DNA from: Macrostomum lignano
Taxonomy: Eukaryota
Reading direction: 5' to 3'
Assembly (NCBI GenBank): GCA_002269645.1
Contig: NIVC01001839.1
Location: 1-64,000 of the forward strand
DNA length: 64,000 bases
Part shown: one piece after another, positions 49,840-64,000 of the stretch
Layout: the number at the start of each line of letters is the position of its first letter
How positions within the stretch are numbered: position 1 is the first letter of the stretch
Position numbers and translations under genes: made by a program
The notes under the pieces: model-generated
What the model saw: the letters and a program-made list of their open reading frames with translations, nothing else
The model's database searches: none
What the model was told of the DNA's origin: nothing

Positions 49840-50597
49840 ACAAATATACGAAACTAATACTAATATATGATCTAATACATTGGGGCATAAACATAATAAA
49901 ATAGGACATTAATTATTAGTATTAATATATTACTGTGTCAATCGGTATAAAAAATAAAACGAATATAATAGTAAATTGTTATACATGTATGACGTTAGCA
50001 TTAAATCAAATTTACTGTTTTCGTAGAAGCCTCTACGAAACGTGAAGACGGATAAAGCTTAGAGTGGCACAACACAGCGTTATAAATTTATAAATTATAA
50101 ATTACTTTTTGCTTCCCGCGTAAGTCGATTAGCAAGAAAGTGTTTATACTTCGACCAAAAGCAGTTGTAAGTAATGTGCTCTATTTTTGTAATAAGGAAT
50201 ACATTTCATATTGACAAGTTCACTATTACGAAAAATAGAAACCTTGCTTTTATCAGTCAAAATGAAAAATTAAATGTAGCTATCATAATATTAGTAGATT
50301 CAGAAACATATTAAAAAATTAACTATTTTAGTAAATCTGTGTTGACGTGATATAAGTTTTTTCATAAAACATTTTTTAAAATAAAAGACAACCTGACTAA
50401 CCACTGAAAATTTATAGTAAACTCAAATAATTAGAGCATATTTACTTTGCATCCTATTCTGTACTTAACATATGTTAATAAATAGCTAATAAGATAAAAA
50501 TAAGATCACAAATAAAAAATTATCCAAAAATTAAAACTAAAATTATTGCAATACCTTTTTTCTAGAATCACATAACTACGAGCTACTGTTGGAGATA

Positions 50598-53500
50598 ATG
50601 GATGAAAGCTTGTTTGCAGGTAATTATTTATCAATTTAGTTTATGATTTTCTGAAAAAGTATTTCTAAAGTTCATTGACAACAATAAGGAAGTTAAAAAA
50701 ATATACTAAAACTAGATTTAACAGTATTACAAAAAAATCAATTTTATACATTTTTTCGACTGTTTTAAACTGACAAGGTCCAAGTGTCCAAGTTAGACTT
50801 CTAGACGAGTCGCGAGGCCTCCCGCTGTTCAGCCACCGGGTTTATTCGATTCGCTGCGGCCACTCCACCACCGAAGGCGTTGTTAGACGCTACAGCGATT
50901 TTCGTCGACTGCACGAATCGCTGGTGCAGCGTCGGCCTCACTGGCTGATCCCGGAGCTGCCAACGCGTGGCCGGCCGGAGCTGCCGACTCTGCCGGGCGC
51001 CAGCGGCCTGGCGATGAGGCAGCGGCGGCAGCGGCGGCTGTTTCTGGAGGAGCGGGAGGCCGGCCTTCAAGACTACTTGACCGCGCTGCGGCGGCACCCG
51101 GTGCTGGGTCAGGATGCCGAGCTGGAGCACTTTCTGATGCACTGCAACGGAAATGAGGCGCGGGTTGACGCTCCTATTTTTTAATTGCCTAGGGGTGTGC
51201 GGTATGGGATATCTATCTAGTATCCACCCACCTATCTCTGTGTCTGTATCTATCGATCTATCAGATCTATCTACCCATCTGTCTACCTGCCTATCGACTT
51301 ACCTGCCTGACGTACCTACTTACTTACCCAACAGGAGACACTATCCTGTCTAACAGGTGACACTATCCTGTCTAACAGGTGACACTATCCTGTCTAACAG
51401 GTGACACTATCCTGTCTAACAGGTGACACTATCCTGTCTAACAGGTGACACTGTCCTGTCTAACAGGTGACACTATACTGTCTAACAGGTGACACTATCC
51501 TGTCTAACAGGTGAAACTATCCTGTCTAACAGATGACACTATCCTGTCTAACAGGTGACACTGTCCTGTCTAACAGGTGACACTATCCTGTCTAACAGGT
51601 GACACTTGTATATCAAGTGACACTATCCTGTCTAACTCCTGCTACCTATCTATTTACCTACCTACCTCTGAGGATCTGAGACTATCGGATTTCATGGGAC
51701 TATCTAGGATAACTAACTCTACCTGTCTACGTACCTATTGACCTATCTATCTACCTATCTACCGATCTATCTACCAATCTACATACCTATTGTACCAATA
51801 TTTTTTACATATCCGTCATCACCTATGCAGAACTATGCCAAAGCTGTTAATCAGGCTCGGACAGCCGCTGGTGGTTGGGATAGAGATTCCATTGACTTCA
51901 CCTCAGCAACTGCCACTCGATCATCCTTCTCTGATGAAGACGGCGACGCCAGCATCGAGTCCTGGATTTCCAGTCAGCGCGAGGCGATCACAGGCAGGTT
52001 GAAAATTCTGGTTGAAATTCGAACCTGCTTGGACCGACATCGCGAAGCCGCTCTCGCTGCCGCCGGCGCTATTCGATGTATCGCCGAAAAGTTGCCTCCC
52101 AAATTGTCTGCTGCTAGTAGCTTGATTGAAGGAGACGCACTCGCGGTTGATGATGGAGCTCTGCTGAGAGCGGCTGACGAGACGTCGGAGAGATGCGAAG
52201 CTGAGTGGTTGGCCAGTCAGTCCATAGACTGTCTGCAGATGATGCTGGTGGGATATCTGGTGAGATTGGGATGTCTAGGGTAGAGAGAATAGGATGTCTA
52301 GGGTAGGGAGAGTGGGATGTCTAGGGTAGGGAGAGTGGAATATCTAGGGTGGGGAGAGTGGGGTGTCTATGGTAGGGAGAGTGGAATATCTAGGGTAGGG
52401 AGAGTGGAATATCTAGGGTAGGGAGAGTGGAATATCTAGGGTAGGGAGAGTGGTTTGTCTATGGTAAGGATAGTGGGGATGTCTAGGGTAGGGAGAGTGG
52501 AATATCTAGGGTAGGGAGAGTGGGGTGTCTATGGTAGGGATAGTGGGGATGTCTAGGGTAGGGAGAGTGGAATATCTAGGGTAGGGAGAGTGGAATATCT
52601 AGGGTAGGGAGAGTGGGATGTCTAGGGTAGGGAGAGTGGAATATCTAGGGTAGGGAGAGTGGAATATCTAGGGTAGGGAGAGTGGGATGTCTAGGGTAGG
52701 GAGAGTGGAATATCTAGGGTAGGGAGAGTGGAATATCTAGGGTAGGGAGAGTGGGATGTCTAGGGTAGGGAGAGTGGAATATCTAGGGTAGGGAGAGTGG
52801 AATATCTAGGGTAGGGAGAGTGGGATGTCTAGGGTAGGGAGAGTGGAATATCTAGGGTAGGGAGAGTGGAATATCTAGGGTAGGGAGAGTGGGGTGTCTA
52901 TGGTAGGGATAGTGGGGATGTCTAGGGTAGGGAGAGTGGGATGTCTAGGGTAGGGAGAGTGGAATATCTAGGGTAGGGAGAGTGGAATATCTAGGGTAGG
53001 GAGAGTTGGGTGTCTATGGTAGGGATAGTGGGGATGTCTAGGGTAGGGATAGTGGAATATCTAGGGTAGGGAGAGTGGAATATCTAGGGTAGGGAGAGAG
53101 AATCGGGAATATTTTGACTACAGAGAATGGGATATCTATATTGAAATTGGATATCCTGGACTGTCGACAGTGACAGCCAATTAAAAAAACTTGTTCCAAA
53201 CATTTTTCCCAGCGTCTTCACGATCGTCTGACCTCAACTGCCGCGACCGCCAGCTCGAGTGGAGGGTCTGCAAAGACGACTGCACTGCGACTTGTGCGCG
53301 ACCGATTGCGACTGGAGAGCGGCCCCATCAATGCTCTGGGAGGCTGGCAGCTGCGGCAGCTGCTGCTTCAGGTGGTTGGAGTGCAGCTGCAGGGGAATCT
53401 GTTTGTGAGTGATCTTTTTGTTTTTTTGTTTATTTAAAAGCTTGTTTATTTAAAACTAATAATTCAAGTCTCGAAACTTCTATCCTTGACTTGAGAGAGT

Positions 53501-55590
53501 CACTCTGCAGTCATAAATCGTCCTGATCCTGAAGTTTTAAATTCTCTGAATCCTGAAGTCCAAATCCTCAGATCCTGAAGTCCCGATCCTCAGATCCTGA
53601 AGTCTCACCAATCCTCAGACCCTGAAGTCCCAATCTTCAGATCCCGAAGTCCCGATCCTCAGAACCTGAAGTCCCGATCCTTAGATCCTGAAGTCCCACC
53701 AATCCTCAAACCCTGAAGTCTCGATCCTGAGATCCTGAAGTCCCAATCCTCAGATCCTGAAGTCCCGATCCTCAGATCCTGGAGTCCCGATCCTCAGATC
53801 CTGAAGTCCCAATCCTTAGATCCTTAAGTCCCGATCCTCAGATCCTGAAGTCCCACCAATCCTCAAACCCTGAAGTCTCGATCCTGAGATCCTGAAGTCC
53901 CAATCCTCAGATCCTGAAGTCCCGATCCTCAGATCCTGGAGTCCCGATCCTCAGATCCTGAAGTCTCACCAATCCTCAGACCCTGAAGTCCCGATCTTCA
54001 GATCCCGAAGTCCCGATCCTCAGAACTTGAAGTCCCGATCCTTAGATCCTGAAGTCCCACCAATCCTCAAACCCTGAAGTCTCGATCCTGAGATCCTGAA
54101 GTCCCAATCCTCAGATCCTGAAGTCCCGATCCTCAGATCGTGGAGTCCCGATCCTCAGATCCTGGAGTCCCGATCCTCAGATCCTGAAGTCCCAATCCTC
54201 AGATCCTGAAGTCCCGATCCTCAGATCCTGGAGTCCCGATCCTCAGATCCTGAAGTCCCAATCCTTAGATCCTTAAGTCCCGATCCTCAGATCCTGAAGT
54301 CTCACCAATCCTCAGACCCTGAAGTCCCGATCTTCAGATCCCGAAGTCCCGATCCTCTGAACTTGAAGTCCCGATCCTTAGATCCTGAAGTCCCACCAAT
54401 CCTCAAACCCTGAAGTCCCGATCCTCAAACCCTGAAGTCCCGATCCTCAGACCCTGAAGTCCCGATCTTCAGATCCCGAAGTCCCGATCCTCAGATCCTC
54501 AAGTCTCACCAATCCTCAGACCCTGAAGTCCCGATCTTCAGATCCCGAAGTCCCGATTCTCAGATCCTGAAGTCTCACCAATACTCAGACCCTGTAGTCC
54601 CGATCTTCAGATCCCGAAGTCCCGATTCTCAGATCCTGAAGTCCCGATCCTTAGATCCTGAAGTCCCAATCCTTAGATCCTTAAGTCCCGATCCTCAGAT
54701 CCTGAAGTCTCACCAATCCTCAGACCTTGAAGTCCCGATCTTCAGATCCCGAAGTCCCGATCCTCAGAACTTGAAGTCCCGATCCTTAGATCCTGAAGTC
54801 CCGATCCTCAGATCCTGAAGTCTCACCAATCCTCAGACCCTGTAGTCCCGATCTTCAGATCCCGAAGTCCCGATTCTCAGATCCTGAAGTCCCGATCCTT
54901 AGATCCTTAAGTCTCAATCCTTAGATCCTCAAGTCCCAGCAATCCTCAAACCCTGAAGTCTCGATCCTTAGATCCTGAAGTCCCGATCCTTAGACCATGT
55001 AGTCCCGATCCTCAGATCCTGGAGTCCCGATCCTCAGATCCTGAAGTCCCAATCCTTAGATCCTTAAGTCCCGATCCTCAGACCCTGAAGTCCCGATCTT
55101 CAGATCCCGAAGTCCCGATCCTCAGAACTTGAAGTCCCGATCCTTAGATCCTGAAGTCCCGATCCTCAGATCCTGAAGTCCCACCAATCCTCAAACCCTG
55201 AAGTCCCGATCCTCAGACCCTGAAGTCCCGATCTTCAGATCCCGAAGTCCCGATCCTCAGATCCTGAAGTCTCACCAATCCTCAGAACCTGAAGTCCCGA
55301 TCTTCAGATCCCGAAGTCCCGATCCTCAGATCCTGAAGTCCCGATCCTTAGACCATGAAGTCCCGCGATCCTTCAGATCCTGAAGTTCCGATTCTCAGAT
55401 CCTGAAATCCCAATCCTCTGACCCAGAAATCTCAATCCTCAGACCCAGAAATCCCAATCCTCAGACCCAGAAATCCGAATCCTCAGACCCTGAAGTCAAG
55501 TAAAACAGAAAGTAAAAAAATCGATTTTCACAGCTTCGGGACAGTTGGCAATCGACTGAAGACGACTGGAAGGAAGAATGGACCAATTGA
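50598..55590 (+). CDS. PX-domain sorting nexin-like gene, right copy; exons 50598-50619, 50778-51163, 51831-52259, 53213-53404, 55534-55590
   Basis: Same exon sequences and phases as the left copy; the spliced frame is 1086 nt, MDESLFAGPSVQVRLL...EDDWKEEWTN*. Confidence 0.85.
51330..51645. repeat. 22-bp minisatellite in sorting nexin intron 2 (right)
   Basis: (GACACTATCCTGTCTAACAGGT)n. Confidence 0.95.
52275..53105. repeat. 23-bp G-rich minisatellite in sorting nexin intron 3 (right)
   Basis: (CTAGGGTAGGGAGAGTGGAATAT)n. Confidence 0.97.
53520..55500. repeat. 22-bp minisatellite in sorting nexin intron 4 (right)
   Basis: (AGATCCTGAAGTCCCGATCCTC)n. Confidence 0.97.
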
Positions 55591-56955
55591 TTGATCATTC
55601 TGACGACTTGATGTTTATTCGTCTTTCTAAGAAAGCCTTTTAATTATTCTGAATGAGTCCGATTTCAGAGACTGTGCTTAAAAAATCAGATCAATTTCTT
55701 CACCAGTATTATGATTTTGTAATAAATATACTATGAATTAATAAGCATTCATCATATTTTTTTATTTTTTGAGCAAAAAAAATTTTAAAGCTACTTGTTA
55801 AGTAGCATGGCCCGCACTTGCGTTCGCACACTTCTTACCATACTCGCGGTCTTCCATCTTGAATTTAATGCACTTCGTTTTTAGACGGTTGCAAGAAATT
55901 TTCGTTTTAATTTGCGATAATTTTTTATATAAACAAAGTACAATTCTTTCATTTAAAATTCAAAAGCTCCGAAGGTTCAAAGAAGAAAACCTTTTCGCGG
56001 AGTCCTTTCTACGATCGTACATGTACTTTAGCCGTCCATGATTAACCGTCCTCTGTTAGCAGACAGCCGCACACATTTACATGTATTATGTAGTCTAACC
56101 TATGCAGAAAGTGACTAAATGAAAATTTTAATTTGCGTTTCCCACAGTCCATGAATAAATACTAGCGAGCATATTCCTCAGAGAATATAAGCAGCAAGCC
56201 ATGAGACGTACTTGGGCGGCCATCCTCGAGTTCTTATCAAAGTTTCTCTTTTTCCTCTTCGCATTCGGTTATTTGATCAATTCTTTTGTTGATTAATCTA
56301 TTGATAAAACTAGCAGATTAAGGTATTGCCAGAATATAAGAGGCCTTCCATCTTGATTTATTCGCACAGTGAAGAAAATATACATAATATCAATCCGTTT
56401 ATCTACCGGCTTTAGCGAGGTGATAAAACTACCATGCAGGAATCGATGCGAATAATTAACAACTATAGCTGCCTTTATACTTATACATGTAGCTAAATCA
56501 TTTATATAGAAATCAATGTTCAGACGGCTTATCGGAATTAACTAAGTCTCTCTCTCTCCCTGTCACGGCGTTCAAGATGCTGAGATAACGCCTTTGGACT
56601 GCCTGACTGAGTGATGATGCGCTGCCATCTGCATGGCTGCCCCAGCTCAAACCCCATCATCGCCCGTCCAAATAGCGTTGAGGCGGAATTTCCCAGCTCT
56701 CATCAAGCGGAACTGAACTCTCTTCCTCCATGACTTGACGAAATCAGCTGTATGGAGATGATTGCGGAGTTCAGCTGCTCAGGTGCCTCTCTCCCTCTGG
56801 CTCCCGCTGCATCACATCTGCCACTTCACGGCTCTTCCTGCAACCAACTGGCTTAACCCGAACTTTTCTCCCCGCGGTTCTTAGAAGATTGCTGTTGCAT
56901 GCTTCAGCGATCTCTTTTCAGCTGCTTGCATGCAACATTTTTGATGCCCTCCAAC

Positions 56956-60100
<3,145 letters not shown>

Positions 60101-61527
60101 TCAACGCCCTATTGGCTTTGTCTCTCCTATCTCTCTTAGCGTACTTTTGTTGAACGATGCCTTGCATTTTATCCAAATGAGAAAAAGTATTCCTCAAACA
60201 ACAGCCTCAAAGCTCCGAAGTCGATTAAAAAGCATTTAGGAGCAAGCTGAATCGGTTCTGATGTATCCTGATCGATTTGCATGATGTCTGGGCGGCTCGG
60301 TCAGTCTCTCGATCCTGTCAAAAAATTGAGAGCGGACCGGACAGACAGTCAGACTATAAACAAGTCAAACGATATGATTTTAAAAGCATGTTCTATTGAC
60401 CCAGAATTACGTCTGTTTTTCCAGCAATTTTAAAAGACTCTTATCTAGAAACGTAGATACCTACTTCGCATTGCTCAATAGCATATTAGATTGGCTAACT
60501 AGATGGACCCTTGGCGGCCAAGATCAAACAAATCCGCTAATGCGATTTTTGGTCGCATAAAGAGCTGGTCACGGTCGATGCTAATAGACATGGAATCTAA
60601 TATAAAAACAATGGCTGTTTTACGGCTGTTGTGTTACTATTGAAGTTAAATTTTATTTTAGATTTATGATGATAAGTCCACTATTAAGGCCTATAGGAGT
60701 AATAAAAAATAATTTGCTGACTGCTAAAAATTTTTCTCATACAATATAATGGCAATTAATTTTATCTATTATTCCACAGGTGCTCCCCAATGTACACCGT
60801 CACGTGGCTATCCAACAACCATTCTTAAATTTTGTGTGGAATGAGGAAACCTGTGCTGGATTTTATGATCTATGAATTATTATGTCGGTGGGAGGGACAA
60901 AGGCATATTTGCAATTGTTAAGCATTTGTGTAATGCAGTTTACGGCTAAGGCGGCGCTGTCCCGTATAGAAAATATTTTTTCGTTTTATAGATAAGATGC
61001 AGCATATAGAAATTCGGCTGTCTATCCAGACTCCCGGTAAGCCCATCATCAATCAAGCCGTCAAGTTATTTAATTTAGCGGTAAAAACCATCACTTATTT
61101 TAATTAACAATTCCTTGCCTCATTTATTTCTTCAGCACTTGTAACATCAGGTGCTGGTCATGAAATTATGGGATGCGAGGGATTCTAGGGCTTCCTGTTG
61201 AAGACAGGCAAAAGCCCCCACCACTCTGATGATAGTTGATAGCTCAGGCGTGCCTCTTTCCATCCTTTCCTGGGAAGGCGTCGAATTTATTCTTCGCAAA
61301 TTGCTTCTCTCCGTCATTTCTTGACCGGGTTTTTCATTTTATATTATTTTCGTTCAGTCAAAGGCGAAGGTAGCCAGATCTAGAAGTTGGAGATTAGATA
61401 GCAGTCAAATAGCATCGAAGTTGCACTTTTAAAAAATAATGTTAGCCAGCGAGAAATTTCTGTTTACGAGTGGCGACTTGCAACTTTTTCTACACTTTGC
61501 AGTTTCGAGCAAATTATTTGGCAAGAT

Positions 61528-61707
61528 TAAATATATGTTAATAAATATATGTTAATAAATATATGTTAATAAATATATGTTAATAAATATATGTTAATAA
61601 ATATATGTTAATAAATATATGTTAATAAATATATGTTAATAAATATATGTTAATAAATATATGTTAATAAATATATGTTAATAAATATATGTTAATAAAT
61701 ATATTTA
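61528..61707. repeat. 14-bp minisatellite (TGTTAATAAATATA)n, right arm
   Basis: 12 units versus 17 in the left arm. Confidence 0.97.
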
Positions 61708-63961
61708 TTTTAAGACGCAGAGGGGAGGCCACTTGCGCGCACGCGTTCGCAGAACAGGCCGGAGGGGCAGGCAGCAGCAGCCTGAGGGGTCAGGTCAAAC
61801 GCCTGAAAGTCAGCGATGAGGCAGTCCGTTAGAGTGGCAGTGCGGGCCTGGACGCGGCGGAATTGCTCGGTCGGCCGGTCCAGCATGGCCAGGGCCAGCG
61901 GGACGGGCGCGCCGCGACCCAGGGTCCGTAGGCAGTGGCCCAGAAGCATCTGGCTCAGGGTGCTGCTGAGCTCTGCCGATCGCTCAGGGGCGGCGTCCCA
62001 GCGCGGGCCATCAGAGCGTTGGTCGGCAGGCGATCCGGGTAGCGCACGCCTAGCGCGTAGCGCAGCAGCGATCGGCAGAGCGCTCAGGGCTCTTACTTAC
62101 TTACTTACTACCGACGGGGGGCAGAGCGCCGCGATTAGGCCGCAAGGCCCCTATCGCAACATCAAGCTAAAAACAGAAAGGCGTTAGCCTTGGGGCTGCG
62201 CCCACCCCTCGTCGGCAGCAGAAGAGCTCGCGAGAGTGGCGTCTGCGATCTTCATCCGCCCAAAATCCCGAACGAATGCGCGCAGGTCACGGATCCGGTC
62301 CGGAGTGGTGAGCTCGTCCAGCCTTAGCGGGTGACCGAGGTTACGTCTCCGCGCCTTGTTGAAGTGCGGGCAGAAAGTGACGTGGTGCGTCGAGGTTTCC
62401 TCCTCTAGATCACAGAATGGGCAGATGGGGGGAGCAACCACTTTGCAGTGAAATATGTCTCTGGAAGAAGCCATGGCCAGTGATGACCATGCACATCTCC
62501 CTGAGGTCAGTTTTACTTAAGGAGATTAGATATTCGGATACTTTCAGGTTTATGACAGGCATTGCGATTCGCGTTTGCCGATATTCGGAGCAGCTGTTCC
62601 AGTGAACCTGGTGCTGGCGGTTCAGCCACTCTTGAATGGCGCGATTGACTGATGATTTCGGAGAAGGCAACTTGACTGGGCGTTGCGCTCCGCCGGGGGT
62701 GCAACCCCGCTTGGCGAGTTGATCTACCAGCTCATTGCCGAGGATGTTGCTGTGGCCTGGTGTCCAGATCTCGCTCTCGCGTCTCGGTCAGCGGCACAGC
62801 CTCCATGCCGTACAGCAGGATCGGCTCGACGGCCGCGCGGAACAGGCGCACCTTCAGGTCGTCTCTGGCAGCTAAATTAAAAACGTTCCTGAGGAGGATA
62901 GATAGTACCGGAAAACCTCGCACACCGCGATGCGGTCGCCATTGGGCAGCGTAAGAGCTGGGGCGGTATTCGTGCCCACGTGCAGCGCCTTCGTCTTGCG
63001 AGCGTTCACCACCAGCCCAACACGGGCACCCTCGTCGCAAAGCCTTATGAGAGCGCGCTGAGCCGCAGCTGGGTCGCGGCAGAGCAGCACGATGTCGTCA
63101 GCATACGCGAGAGCGGGAAGCGAAACAGCAGGATGTCTGGAGCTTCGGCGTGTGACCAGCAAGTAGCTGTCATCCTCGCGGAGGAACCGACGAAGCACGT
63201 AGTCCACAACCAAGAGGAAAAGCAGAGGAGCCAGCGTGTCGCCCTGAAGGAAGCCTGAGCTGGTGCTGAACTCTTCTGTGGGGCCGTCGCTCGACATGTA
63301 CAAAAGCCCTGGAGTCGCGGTAGAGGTCCACCACGGCACTCACCAGCGCAGCAGGCACGTCATAATGCGATAAAAGCCCCGCAATTGCAGGCCTGGACAC
63401 CGAGTCAAACGCCTTGCGAGAGTCGACGAAGATGATTGACACGGAGCGCTGGCGGGTCTTGCAGGCCTCGATGACAGAGCGGATGGTGGCAACCTGCTCG
63501 GTGGTGGACCTGCCCCGGGCGGAAGCCGCTTTGGAGGCTCAGCAGCAGCGGGTTGCGCAGAGTCGCGTTCAGCAGCTTCGGCGTTGTGCACTCCAGCGCG
63601 ATGCCCCGCTGGTTGTCCAGGCTGGTGGAGGCGCCTTTCTTTGGGATGGAGACAATCTTGGAGGTGCGCCATTGCTGAGAAGCTGAGGCGGTCTCGTTGC
63701 CTCCAAGGCTGCAGTGCTTGTTCAGCAGGCTGGTGATGATCGGGGTGAGCTCGCACAGCTTCAGGACCCTGGGAGGGATGGCGTCCATCCCAGCGACAGC
63801 ATCAGCTCGCATGGTCCTCAGTGCTCGGTCAACCTCGCCTGCAGTGATGGGGCCGGTGTTGAAGGCGCCTGGCTGGGCTGGAGCGAAGTCTGGGATTGGC
63901 AGAAGAGGCGCAGTTGGAGCGGGCGCGTTGAGCACCTCGCGGTAGTGGGCGGCCAGTCCTT
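61708..63961 (-). mobile_element. Non-LTR retrotransposon family B (right copy), interrupted by a nested insertion
   Basis: Mirror of 27639-29206 with the same TSD and several percent substitutions (by eye). Confidence 0.95.
62092..62761 (-). mobile_element. 5'-truncated I-group-type LINE (RNase H C-terminus + CCHC knuckle, (TAAG)n tail), right arm only
   Basis: [25 protein letters not shown] and [19 protein letters not shown]; tail (CTTA)4 at 62092. Absent at the homologous position (~28840) of the left arm. Confidence 0.92.
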
Positions 63962-64000
63962 TGTTAATAAATATATTTATATAATGCGTTTGTTATGAAT

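Overview
Eukaryotic (metazoan) genomic DNA with spliced genes. GC-rich, Gln/Ala/Ser-rich exons and minisatellite-filled introns suggest a free-living flatworm such as Macrostomum; that is inference from style only. Genes: (1) an SNF-related kinase (SNRK-type) on the minus strand, 1565-6697; (2) a three-exon class A GPCR on the plus strand, 21709-25083; (3) a five-exon PX-domain (sorting nexin-like) gene present twice, head-to-head. The two copies arise because 27600-43279 is mirrored as an inverted duplication at 45965-64000, which continues to the window edge. The 2.7-kb spacer contains a 652-N assembly gap, so the duplication may be an assembly artefact. The rest is decayed non-LTR retrotransposons (three APE/RT families plus RNase H-bearing 3' fragments), three TIR/TSD-bounded MITEs and about 25 micro/minisatellite arrays. 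Top leads: a possible in-frame UAG at an exon end in SNRK, separating a short isoform from a 217-codon extension ending in a CaaX-like motif; a 190-bp TSD-flanked hairpin element with a minimal hammerhead ribozyme core; mosaic divergence between the palindrome arms; and inverted CAGGTG minisatellite arms forming a foldback-like structure. Splice sites were read by eye and identities estimated by eye; no database searches were run.
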